Assembly: GCA_965215425.1 (NCBI GenBank)
Contig: OZ244064.1
Span: forward strand, 1,116,095 to 1,180,094
Reading direction: 5' to 3'
DNA: 64,000 bases
From: Dehalococcoidia bacterium
Lineage (GTDB): Bacteria > Chloroflexota > Dehalococcoidia > Lucifugimonadales > UBA3495
Made by a program: the position numbers and the translations under genes. The notes under the pieces were generated by a model. That model made no database searches. It was not told where the DNA came from and was given only the letters and a program-made list of their open reading frames with translations. Shown piece by piece: positions 35,016-43,729 of this stretch (the stretch's first letter is position 1; each line of letters starts with the position of its first letter).

Positions 35016-35942
35016 ATGTCAGATAGCAATGAATTCCATGACCCTGGATCCGATGAAATCCGATGGCAAGATTACGAGGAACTGGTCAAGGACATATACG
35101 AGGTTCTGGGGCGGGCTAATGGCGTAACCATCGAGTGCTGGGGCAGTTCTTGCAGAGTGGAAGGCCCCCCTGGCGTGTTTCACCAGATCGACGTTCTCAC
35201 TGTCCACAGCGACGGGTTACACCAATACAGGACGGCGATCTCGTGCAAGAACTGGAACAAAAAAGTGGGCATCCCAATAGTCAGGGAGTTCTCTCAGATC
35301 ATCGCCGATGCCCGGCTGAGCAAGGGTGTAATGGTCTCCAAGATGGGGTTCACCGGGCCAGCCATGGCCTATGCAGAGGCCAAGAGTATCGGGCTTGTCG
35401 AACTGAGAAGGCCGCTGGACAAGGATTGGGACGGCTATATCAAGGAGGTCCACATCACGTTGATGCTGGACCAGACCGAAATACACGATGTCAATTTCAA
35501 TATTACTGCACCGAAGCCTGGCCCTGGCGAGGAGGTTTATCGGGGCGGTCCCATACATTGGCCCCTCCTGCTGAACCAAATCTTCATCGGCATTCCCGGG
35601 CAAGAGGCTGAGACTTTCCAGAAGCTGGCCGACGACGAGTGGAGCAAAGACGAAGAAAAGGAAGTGTACAACCTCCAGTTCCCAGAAGGCAGCATATTGA
35701 CCGTACCCGACTTCCCCGACTATCCCGCTCACGATTATTCGATAACTGGCGCCACCTTCAAAGTAAGGTCCAACCCGCCCATAACGGAAGAAATTGTGGT
35801 TCGGGCTGACGAGCACATCTACATGATAATGGAGAGCCTGTTCGATGGACGCCGCTTTACCATTGCCAAGGATGGACAGATAACAGAAAACCTCCCGCCA
35901 AGCGATGGCGCGGCCGCTGCGGGGAACACTGACCTCCCTTGA
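35016..35942 (+). CDS. Mrr-type (restriction endonuclease-like) nuclease domain fused to an unknown C-terminal domain of about 180 aa
   Basis: YEELVKDIYEVLG...FHQIDVL...AISCKNW...VREF matches the Mrr_cat D-(E/Q)xK layout. GC is visibly lower. AAGGAG RBS. Confidence 0.65.
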   Translation: MSDSNEFHDPGSDEIRWQDYEELVKDIYEVLGRANGVTIECWGSSCRVEGPPGVFHQIDVLTVHSDGLHQYRTAISCKNWNKKVGIPIVREFSQIIADARLSKGVMVSKMGFTGPAMAYAEAKSIGLVELRRPLDKDWDGYIKEVHITLMLDQTEIHDVNFNITAPKPGPGEEVYRGGPIHWPLLLNQIFIGIPGQEAETFQKLADDEWSKDEEKEVYNLQFPEGSILTVPDFPDYPAHDYSITGATFKVRSNPPITEEIVVRADEHIYMIMESLFDGRRFTIAKDGQITENLPPSDGAAAAGNTDLP

Positions 35943-36012
35943 CGGGTTGGCTGGTGATGAATGATAATGATAGTAAGACAAACTATTATCACGGCAGGCA
36001 AAAAGAGAGACC

Positions 36013-36231
36013 ATGCCACCACGACGGAAATCCAGGACCATCACCTTCTCCCTGCCCCCGGGGATGTTCGAGGAGGTGCAGCGGGTGAAGGACGAGGAGG
36101 GTCGCGATGTGAGCGAACTGGTGCGCGAGGCCCTCCGCCTGTACATGGAAGACCGGGAACTGCGCCGCCAGCAACGCCTGGAACGGCTGCGCTCACGACA
36201 AGACGATGAACGAGGTGAAAGCAATGAGTAA
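36013..36231 (+). CDS. Ribbon-helix-helix (CopG-like) protein
   Basis: TITFSLPPGMFEEVQRVKDEEGRDVSELVREALRLYM. 8-nt overlap with the recombinase start. Confidence 0.7.
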   Translation: MPPRRKSRTITFSLPPGMFEEVQRVKDEEGRDVSELVREALRLYMEDRELRRQQRLERLRSRQDDERGESNE

Positions 36232-37864
36232 GCGGCAAAACCTGATACCGGCGGCCCTCTACGCCCGGGTGTCCAGCGACCGCCAGGACGTGGACCTGTC
36301 CGTCGCCGCCCAACTGCGGGCGCTGCGCGACTACGCTGAGAAAAACGATTACCTGGCGGTCCGCGAGTACGTGGACGAGGCCGAGAGCGGCAGGATCGCC
36401 GATAGGCCCCAATTCAGTAGGATGCTGGACGAGGCATCCAAGCCCGACGCTCCCTTCCAGGAGATTCTCGTCTGGAAGTTCTCCCGCTTCACCCGCAAGC
36501 GGGAGCACGCGGTGGCCTTCAAGTCCATGCTCCGCAGGAAGGGCATCCGGGTAGTGTCCATCACCGAGCACGCTGATGACACCCCTACCGGCAAGCTGAT
36601 GGAGGCCATCATCGAGTCCGTGGACGAATTCTACAGCGAGAATTTGGCCCAGGAGGTTGTACGGGGAATGCGGGAAGCCGCCTCTCGGGGCTTCTGGGTC
36701 ACCACCTACGCCCCCTACGGCTACCGGAAGGCACCGGTCCAGGACGGGGCCAAGAAGCGCCCCCGGCTGGAACTCAACCCGCCCCACGATGCCGTGGCCC
36801 GCCGCATCTTCGATATGGCCCTCCAGGGCCACACCGTCCTGGACATCGTGAAGACACTGAACGCCGAGGGCATCCCCACCTCCAACGGCAAGAAGTGGCT
36901 CAAGACCACCATCCACGCCATGCTCACCAACGAAGCCTACACCGGCACTTTGGTCTGGGGAACCAACGCCAGGGACGGCGTTCCCCCGGTACGAGTGGAA
37001 GACGCCTTCCCGCCCATCGTAACCCGGCAGGAGTTCGACCGCATCGCCCGAATGTTGCAGTCCCGTGCCCCGAAGCAGGTACACCCCCGCCGCACCGTCA
37101 GCCCCTACCTGCTCAGCGGCCTGCTCAAGTGCGAGACCTGCGGCAAGGCCATGACCGCCGCCGAAGCCAAGAGCGGCAGGTACACCTACTACATCTGCCA
37201 CTCCCTGCTCAAGCGGGGCAAGGGCACTTGCGACACCCCCAGGCTCAACGCCAGGTCCTTCGAGGGGTTGATCATCGAGCAGCTACGGGAGAACGTGCTC
37301 ACCGAGTCCAACATCCGCGACCTTGTAAAGCTGGTGGACGAGGAGATGGATGGTATCGCCCGGGAGCAGCGTCAACAACTGGAGACCATCGAGGCGGAAC
37401 TGGAAGAGGTCAGGCGCCGGCTGGCCCGCATCTGGCAGTTCGCCGAAACCACCGACGTCGAGATGGCCGACGCCGCCGACCGCATCCGGGAACACCGGGA
37501 ACGGCAGGCGCAGTTGGAAGACGCCGCCCGAGAAGCCAGAGCTGCGCTGGACGACCGGCGGGGGACGCTGGACAGCGCCGACACCATCGCCGCCTTCGCC
37601 AGCGAAATGAGCGAGTTCCTGAAGACCAGCGAGTTGACCGAGACCAAGGCTTTCGTGCAGTCATTCGTCAAGGAGGTGCAGGTCAGGCCCGGCAAGGCCA
37701 CCACCATCTGCACCATTCCCACGCCGGAGGACAGTCCAGTAGGGGGAGCGGACGCCGCCGCGGTCGCCCAGGGAGGTGGAGTTCGCAGTATCGGACACGG
37801 TGGTGGGCCCGGCTGGGTTCGAACCAGCGACCTACCGGTTATGAGCCGGTTGCTCTACCACTGA
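36224..37864 (+). CDS. Large serine recombinase (resolvase/invertase N-domain, recombinase domain, zinc ribbon, coiled coil)
   Basis: ALYARVSSDRQDVDLSVAAQ, YGYRK..., CETCGKAM...YYICH, then a coiled-coil segment. GAGGTG RBS before the ATG at 36224. The last 64 nt overlap the tRNA on the opposite strand. Confidence 0.9.
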   Translation: MSKRQNLIPAALYARVSSDRQDVDLSVAAQLRALRDYAEKNDYLAVREYVDEAESGRIADRPQFSRMLDEASKPDAPFQEILVWKFSRFTRKREHAVAFKSMLRRKGIRVVSITEHADDTPTGKLMEAIIESVDEFYSENLAQEVVRGMREAASRGFWVTTYAPYGYRKAPVQDGAKKRPRLELNPPHDAVARRIFDMALQGHTVLDIVKTLNAEGIPTSNGKKWLKTTIHAMLTNEAYTGTLVWGTNARDGVPPVRVEDAFPPIVTRQEFDRIARMLQSRAPKQVHPRRTVSPYLLSGLLKCETCGKAMTAAEAKSGRYTYYICHSLLKRGKGTCDTPRLNARSFEGLIIEQLRENVLTESNIRDLVKLVDEEMDGIAREQRQQLETIEAELEEVRRRLARIWQFAETTDVEMADAADRIREHRERQAQLEDAAREARAALDDRRGTLDSADTIAAFASEMSEFLKTSELTETKAFVQSFVKEVQVRPGKATTICTIPTPEDSPVGGADAAAVAQGGGVRSIGHGGGPGWVRTSDLPVMSRLLYH

Positions 37865-37875
37865 GCTACAGGCCC
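37801..37875 (-). tRNA. tRNA with anticodon CAT (elongator Met or Ile2-type), encoded CCA
   Basis: Hand-folded cloverleaf. Acceptor stem GGGCCTG/CGGGCCC (one G-U pair), D arm GCTC-AGTGGTA-GAGC, anticodon arm ACCGG-CTCATAA-CCGGT, T arm GCTGG-TTCGAAC-CCAGC, then ACCA. Confidence 0.9.
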
Positions 37876-37886
37876 CCAATTCCCAG

Positions 37887-37913
37887 CTTATAGACCCGTT
37901 TCAGGCGTGTCAA
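37887..37913 (-). promoter_or_regulatory. Candidate promoter for the tRNA
   Basis: On the minus strand, TTGACA-N15-TATAAG about 11 nt upstream of the mature 5' end. The spacer is shorter than optimal. Confidence 0.4.
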
Positions 37914-38096
37914 GGAAGGGAAAAGCCCCCGGTTTCGGCGGGAAGGGGCGGCGACTCTGCCCGGGATGACCGGCCGGAACGACGAACTGGAACGGTAGGA
38001 GGGGCGGTGGGCCGGCAGGTCAGTAGGTCAGCCGGCCGGTTGGTTGGTTGGTTGGTCAGCAGGTCGGCATTAATCCGGCCGGGGTTTCGTTGCGCC

Positions 38097-39452
38097 CTAC
38101 TCCAGCCCCAACCGCTCCCGGTAGTCTGGGTCATAGGCCGCCAGCAGGCCCATTTTCACCGCCCGGCTCGGTTCCATCTGGGGAGCCGCCTCTCCGGTGG
38201 TGGGCGTGGTGGCAACGATGGCGTCCTGCGCCAGCCGCTGGTAGGCGGCGGCGTCCAGCCCCAGCAGGTCGCACAGCAGCGTCTCGTTGTCCTGGCCAAA
38301 GGTTGGCCCCGGCCCCCGTATGGACAACGGAGTGTGGGCATACTGGTAGGGACGGCCCATCAGGGGACGAACGCCCACGGCCCGCTCCGCCGGGAAGCGC
38401 ACCCTTTCCAGAAACCCCCGGCTCTGATAATGGGGGTCGAAGTGAATGTCCCGGCCGGTAAGCACCGGCCCGGCGGGGATTCCCGCGCCCTGGAGCCGGT
38501 GCATCAGGTCGTACTTATCGCCGCCGGCCGTCCACTCCGCAATGATGGCATCAATCGCGTCATGGTTGCGCCGCCGGGCCGGCGCAGTGGCAAAGCGGGG
38601 GTCGCCGGCCAGTTCCGCCCGCCCCATCAAGCCGCACAAGCTCTGCCATTCCGCATCGCTGCCCACCGACAAGGCGATCCACTGGTCTTCGCCCCGGGCC
38701 GGGTAACAGCCCTGGGGCGCCCGGTGGGGATGCCGGTTGCCGATGCGACCGCCCTCCCGTCCGTTGGCAATGGCATCCATCACGTATTCGGACAGAAACA
38801 TAACGCCGGCCTGGTACATCGCCAGGTCAATCCACTGTCCCCTGCCGGTGCGGTGGCGGTAGCGCAGCGCCGCCCCCAAAGCGAAAATTGCGCTCCAGGT
38901 AGATAGAAAATCCACGAAGGAGGCCCCGGCCTTGGCCGGCTCTCCCTCCGGGTAGCCGGTAACCCAGCAATGCCCGTGCGTTCCCTCCTGGGTGGTCGCC
39001 TGGGCCGGGTAGCCGGAATAGGGGCCGTCGCCGTGGCCGTAGCCGGTGTTGGACACCATAATGATGTCCGGCTTTAGCTGGCGCAGGTGGGGGTAATCCA
39101 GTTCCCAGCGGCGCATCACCCGGGGGGTAAAATTCTCCATCACCACGTCGCTGACCATTACCAGTTGACGGAAGAGGTCCCGCCCCCGCGCGTCGGCCAG
39201 ATCCAGCACCAGCGAACGCTTGCCCCGGTTCAGCAGATTGTAGGTGGAGGGACGGTTCCACCAGTCCTCTCCGGCCTCATTTTCCGGGAACGAGCCGGCA
39301 TAGCCGCCGGTGCGGGTTACGTCCGGCCGGCCCGGCCCCTCAATCTTGATAACCTCGGCCCCCAAATCGGCCAAATGCCCCCCGGTGTAGGGCAGGGCGA
39401 AAACATAGGTGGAGTCAAGGACTCGGATGCCTTCCAGTGGTAGCCTGGGCAT
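38097..39452 (-). CDS. Family III CoA-transferase (CaiB/BaiF-like)
   Basis: LEGIRVLDSTYVFALPYTGGHLADLGAEVIKIEGP. AAGGAG RBS. Confidence 0.85.
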   Translation of the reverse strand: MPRLPLEGIRVLDSTYVFALPYTGGHLADLGAEVIKIEGPGRPDVTRTGGYAGSFPENEAGEDWWNRPSTYNLLNRGKRSLVLDLADARGRDLFRQLVMVSDVVMENFTPRVMRRWELDYPHLRQLKPDIIMVSNTGYGHGDGPYSGYPAQATTQEGTHGHCWVTGYPEGEPAKAGASFVDFLSTWSAIFALGAALRYRHRTGRGQWIDLAMYQAGVMFLSEYVMDAIANGREGGRIGNRHPHRAPQGCYPARGEDQWIALSVGSDAEWQSLCGLMGRAELAGDPRFATAPARRRNHDAIDAIIAEWTAGGDKYDLMHRLQGAGIPAGPVLTGRDIHFDPHYQSRGFLERVRFPAERAVGVRPLMGRPYQYAHTPLSIRGPGPTFGQDNETLLCDLLGLDAAAYQRLAQDAIVATTPTTGEAAPQMEPSRAVKMGLLAAYDPDYRERLGLE

Positions 39453-39713
39453 CGGGGGAGGACTCCTTTCATACGAGTGTAGCTACGGGCATTACTTAAG
39501 CCGGCCCCGCGGCAGTATGGCGGCGGTATGCCGGTGAACCAACGGATTATCCTCCTGAATCGTCTTATCAGCGCTTACCGTAGTGGTAGGCCGATAAACC
39601 AACCAACGGGATTATCCCTTGGCCGCGCCGGGGCGTCCACCGGAGCGAACCTCCGGATATTGCCGTATGGTTCAAGTCCATCCGGCCCCGCCTTGCCGGA
39701 TTGCCTTGTGCCA

Positions 39714-41192
39714 CTACCGGACCGGGCCGGCCGCCGGGCCGCCGGCCACCTTGAGGATGCTGCTGCCACTGCTGTCATCGTTGTAATAGACGGCGGCGCT
39801 CAGGTATTTGCCGGCGTCAGCAGCGGTCAGCAGGTACTCGGAGTCCGACCGTTCGCAATGGCGGTGGTAGGGGGTAACGTTGGTTTCATCCGAGGTGCCA
39901 TCGTCCGACCGCCCCCACTGCCAGGGCTCCGGGTGGGGATTGATGACCCGATCCTCGCGCTCCGCCGCCGCTGCCGCGGGCAAGCTCGCTCGCAGGGTTC
40001 TGCCGACCCGCAACGTCCCCATGGGCGCGGGAATCAGAACTACGTCATTGATGCCCAATCCACTCTCCGCCACTATCGGCCCGATGGCTTCGGTGGTAAC
40101 CGACGTGCCGTTGTAGGACACGGAGGCCCGCAGGAACTTGCCAGTGTCCCCGGTCTCGGGCAGATAGACGAAGGTGGCGTGGGGGTGCCGCCCGGCGGTT
40201 ACCTCCGTCCAGGTGCTGCTATCGGCCAGGCCAGGATCGTTGCTGTCCGCCTCGGCCCGCTCCCAGCTCCAGGGCGAGTTGAGCCCCCGGGAAGCGTCGT
40301 AGCCAATGCAGGGGTTGTTGTCGTACTCTTGCTGCGTTGCCTGGATCCGGGCCAGCCGAGCCTCCCGGGAGGTCAACCGCGCGGTAACCGGCTCGCCCAC
40401 CACCGGCGCCCCGGCCCCGGACTGGATCGCGGCTGGCGGACATCTGGGGCCTTGTCTGGTATGCACCCTATCGTACCAGGCCCGGAAGTCGCGGTCCAGC
40501 GGCGCGCAAAGCCCGGCGTTATTCCCGAACCTTATATCATCCAGTCCGGTAAGCCTGGTGAAGCTGTGCGGAAGCTCCCCAATCAGTTGGTTGTCCTCGA
40601 ATACCAGTACACCTAATGCAATTGGGTCCAGATTGCCCAACTCCGACGGCACCGTTCCATACAGTTTGTTCTTGTTGAGATGCAGACCATCCAGCTTGTT
40701 CAACTTGCCCAACTCGGCCGGTATCAGTCCCGTCAGGTCGTTGTTTCTGAGGTTCAGCGTCACCAGTTCGCCCAGGTTGCCCAACTCCGGCGGTATGCTT
40801 CCCGTCAACTGGTTGTCGTAGAAGGCCAACTCCGTCAATTCGCTCAGGTTGCCCAATTCGGCCGGCAGTTCCCCCGTCAGGTTGTTGTTGGCGACAATCA
40901 GACTGGTAACCCGGCCGTCGGAGTTGGTGGTAACACCATGCCAATTGCCCAGCGGCTCGTCGCTCTTCCAGCCGGCGCTATCGGTCCAGGAATCGCCGCC
41001 GGTGGCGTCGTACAAGGCGACCAGCGCCGCCCGGTCCGTCGCGACCGTCTGCGCCTGAACCATTCGCCCCTGGAGGTGAACCTGCCCGGCAGTGAGCAGG
41101 ACGGCGAGGACGGCAATCAACGCCAGGGTCTTCAGGCCCGGCGCAACGCGCTTTGAACGGGACGAGCGGGAGAACCAGGTGAACCTTGCCAT
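39714..41192 (-). CDS. Secreted leucine-rich-repeat protein with a C-terminal repeated beta-rich domain
   Basis: Signal-like N-terminus, DRAALVALYDATGGDSWT cap, then 24-residue LRRs (LxxLxxLxLxxNxLTGxIPxELGN). Confidence 0.8.
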   Translation of the reverse strand: MARFTWFSRSSRSKRVAPGLKTLALIAVLAVLLTAGQVHLQGRMVQAQTVATDRAALVALYDATGGDSWTDSAGWKSDEPLGNWHGVTTNSDGRVTSLIVANNNLTGELPAELGNLSELTELAFYDNQLTGSIPPELGNLGELVTLNLRNNDLTGLIPAELGKLNKLDGLHLNKNKLYGTVPSELGNLDPIALGVLVFEDNQLIGELPHSFTRLTGLDDIRFGNNAGLCAPLDRDFRAWYDRVHTRQGPRCPPAAIQSGAGAPVVGEPVTARLTSREARLARIQATQQEYDNNPCIGYDASRGLNSPWSWERAEADSNDPGLADSSTWTEVTAGRHPHATFVYLPETGDTGKFLRASVSYNGTSVTTEAIGPIVAESGLGINDVVLIPAPMGTLRVGRTLRASLPAAAAAEREDRVINPHPEPWQWGRSDDGTSDETNVTPYHRHCERSDSEYLLTAADAGKYLSAAVYYNDDSSGSSILKVAGGPAAGPVR

Positions 41193-41417
41193 TGTTGAAC
41201 CTCGATTCTGGATCGGGTCTTGATTTAGCGGTCGGGGCCGCCACGGGATTATGCCTCGCGCCGGCCGCCCCCATATTACCGGATATTGCCCTTCCGGAGT
41301 CAATCCGCCGGGTCCCATTTACAATTAGTTCTTACCCCGAACCCGGCGATTCTCCGGTGTCATCGCCAGCTTCCAGCGCACGCAGACAGTTTTTACCCCG
41401 AACCCGGCATTCTCCCC

Positions 41418-42611
41418 CTAGAGCGCCCCCAACTGTTGCAGTTGCTCCAGCTGCTGGCGGTCGTACCCCAACCCGTCGCTGTAAATCTCCCGGTTGTGCT
41501 GGCCCAGGGTGGGGGCCGGTTGGCGCAGCTGGTAGGGGGTTTCGCTGAGCTTGAACAGTTCGGCGGGAAGCCGGAGCCGGCCGATGACCGGATGCTCAAT
41601 TTCCCGGTAGAAGTTGCGGGATTCCAGTTGGGGACATTGGGCCAGTTCCAGGGGCGTCTGCACCAGGCCGAAGAGCATCCGGGCGGCGGCGGCTTTGGGG
41701 AAAAGCTCCCATTTGCCCCGTTCCTTAATCGCCTCCACCACCATCCGGTCCAGTTCCGCCCCGTTCTCGGCCCGCTGGGCCCGGTTGGCGAACCGCTCCT
41801 CCAGCAGTTCCGGGCATTGGAAAAACTCGGCCAGGTCCTCCCAGGAGGCCCCGCCGCCGGTCTGGACGATAATCCAGCCGTCCTGGCAGGGCATCGGGTT
41901 GCCGAACATACTGCCGCTGGCCCGCCGCCGCGTCTGGGTTCCCCCCATAAAGGGATAGATGGTCTGGGTCGCCATCATCGTGGAGGCCACGCACTCGGTA
42001 ATGGAAACGTCCACGTGCTCCCCGACGCCGGTAAACTCCCGGTTGAACAGAGCCATCGTGGTGGCCGCCGCCGCAAAGAGGCCGCCCTCGTACTGCGCCT
42101 GGAATCCGCCGTGTTTCAGCGGTTCTTTCCCCTGTACCCCGCTGATGCTCATTATCATGCCCATAGCGTAGTTGACGATTTCTTCCCCCCGGTACTGGCT
42201 GTAGGGGCCGGTCTGCCCGAAAGGGGTTATGGAGGTCAGGGTCAACGCTGGGTTCAGGGTCTGCAAGTCCGCATAGCCCAGGCCCAGCCCGGCCAGGTAG
42301 CCGGGCCGGTAGCTCTCCACGATAACGTCCACGTGGGGAACCAACCGCTTCAGGATGTCCTGGCCGGCCTCCGTTTCCAGGTTCAGGGTGGCGCCCTTTT
42401 TGTTCAGGTTCAGTACCAGGAAAAACAGGCTTTTTTCCGGGTGGGGGTCGTCCTGGAAGAAAGGCCCCAGCCGGCGCAGGGCGGCCCCGCCCGGCGGTTC
42501 CAGCTTCAGCGCCTCGGCCCCGTAGTCGGCCAGCAGACGGGCGCAAAAGGAACCGGCGATGTCTTCGCTCAAGTCCAGCACCTTTACGCCGCCCAATGCG
42601 CCAGCCAGCAT
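41418..42611 (-). CDS. Family III CoA-transferase (CaiB/BaiF-like)
   Basis: LGGVKVLDLSEDIAGSFCARLLADYGAEALKLEPP. GGAGGA RBS. Confidence 0.85.
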   Translation of the reverse strand: MLAGALGGVKVLDLSEDIAGSFCARLLADYGAEALKLEPPGGAALRRLGPFFQDDPHPEKSLFFLVLNLNKKGATLNLETEAGQDILKRLVPHVDVIVESYRPGYLAGLGLGYADLQTLNPALTLTSITPFGQTGPYSQYRGEEIVNYAMGMIMSISGVQGKEPLKHGGFQAQYEGGLFAAAATTMALFNREFTGVGEHVDVSITECVASTMMATQTIYPFMGGTQTRRRASGSMFGNPMPCQDGWIIVQTGGGASWEDLAEFFQCPELLEERFANRAQRAENGAELDRMVVEAIKERGKWELFPKAAAARMLFGLVQTPLELAQCPQLESRNFYREIEHPVIGRLRLPAELFKLSETPYQLRQPAPTLGQHNREIYSDGLGYDRQQLEQLQQLGAL

Positions 42612-42921
42612 CGCCCGTCCAATCCTCCGCCGCGGTTACCTTTTCAGGACAGGATTTTAACGGAACTGCCGGGGTATGGCAAACCGGGGCAGAATACCGG
42701 GGCCGGCCAAAGTAGTGTATCCGTTGGAAGTCGGCTGGAAGTCGGCGCTTTGGGGTTCTTCAATTTCCGGCGGGCGCCCTACCCGGACACTGCCCGGTCT
42801 TCCGGGGTGAAAAAAACTTCGACCTGGTGTAGGATAGTGCAGGATGGCACAGGATTTGGGTAACGGCCGGGAGCGGCGGGCGGTGGATTAACGGCAAGGA
42901 GCGGAGCAAGGAGTAGCGGAT

Positions 42922-43707
42922 ATGCGAGAGAATCGGGTTAAACGGGTAATGCGCGCGGGCCGGCTGGCCCTGGGAACCTACGTTACCTTCGCCGATCCCC
43001 AGATTGTGGAAATTATCGGACTGGCCGGCTACGATGCCGCCTTTATTGACATGGAGCATACCGACTTTGACCTGCGCCTGGTGGGGGAGATGATACGCGC
43101 CGCCGACCTGGCCGGCGTAACCTCGATCGTCCGGGTGCCGGACAATGACGAAAAGCTCATCCTGCGGATCCTGGACGCCGGAGCCGAGGGCATCATCGTC
43201 CCCCACGTGGACGGGCTGGAGGGAGCCCGGAAAGCGGTTAACGCCGTACGTTATGCCCCCCTGGGACACCGGGGCGGGGCGGCCGGCACCCGCGCGGCTC
43301 GCTTTGGCGCCATTGGTTGGGATGAGCATTGCCGCCAGTCCAACGCCGAAATCCTGTTGTCGGTGATGACCGAAGATGAACGGGGCGTGAACGACATCGA
43401 GGCCATCGCCGCCCTGGAGGGCATCGACCTGGTATCCATCGGCCCCACCGATTTCTCCGAATATATGGGCATCCGCGACCCGGCCAGCCCGGAACTGCGG
43501 GCCAAACTCACCGAACTGGCCGACCGGATTAAGCAAATCGGCCGGGCTAAAATGCAGTTCCCGATGCATCACGCCGCCCTGCCCCTGGGGCCGAAAGAAC
43601 TGATTGAGTTGGGCGTCGGCTATACGCACGTGGCGCCGGCGCCGCCGGCGGTGCTATTGCGCTCCCTGCGCGAGCGGCTGGCGGCGATACAAGCGGAACT
43701 GGAGTAA
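42922..43707 (+). CDS. HpcH/HpaI-family aldolase / acyl-CoA lyase-like protein
   Basis: GYDAAFIDMEHTDFDL...VRVPDND...IVPHV... Confidence 0.8.
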   Translation: MRENRVKRVMRAGRLALGTYVTFADPQIVEIIGLAGYDAAFIDMEHTDFDLRLVGEMIRAADLAGVTSIVRVPDNDEKLILRILDAGAEGIIVPHVDGLEGARKAVNAVRYAPLGHRGGAAGTRAARFGAIGWDEHCRQSNAEILLSVMTEDERGVNDIEAIAALEGIDLVSIGPTDFSEYMGIRDPASPELRAKLTELADRIKQIGRAKMQFPMHHAALPLGPKELIELGVGYTHVAPAPPAVLLRSLRERLAAIQAELE

Positions 43708-43729
43708 GGGGATTGCCGGATAACCGGAA

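Larger units (their letters stand above)
1..37864. mobile_element. Integrative conjugative element (ICE-like). Right end is at the serine recombinase/tRNA-Met junction; left end is outside the window
   Basis: Contiguous T4SS genes (VirB4, coupling protein, TrbL-like, pilins), a relaxation-family protein, primase/SSB/Rad52/nuclease module and PRTRC cassette. A large serine recombinase sits at the right edge next to a tRNA. Exact att sites were not identified. Confidence 0.7.

Noticed and set aside
36224-37864. Recombinase overlap with the tRNA as evidence of a misassembled or chimeric junction
   Set aside because: The tRNA folds perfectly and the recombinase domains are intact up to the usual C-terminal region. 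An ORF running on to the next stop is expected at an element boundary, so this is treated as a finding to verify and not as an artefact.
1-37875. Prophage interpretation of the element (Rad52, SSB, primase, Xre/ImmA, serine recombinase)
   Set aside because: No capsid, portal, terminase, tail or lysis genes are visible. A VirB4, a coupling protein, pilins and a relaxation-family protein are present, which favours an ICE.
37910-38134. 74-aa minus-strand ORF and (GGTT)4-5 microsatellite between the tRNA and the CoA-transferase gene
   Set aside because: The ORF is repeat-driven (TNQPTNRP) with no RBS and lies in the tRNA promoter/upstream region. The microsatellite is real but short and of little interest on its own.
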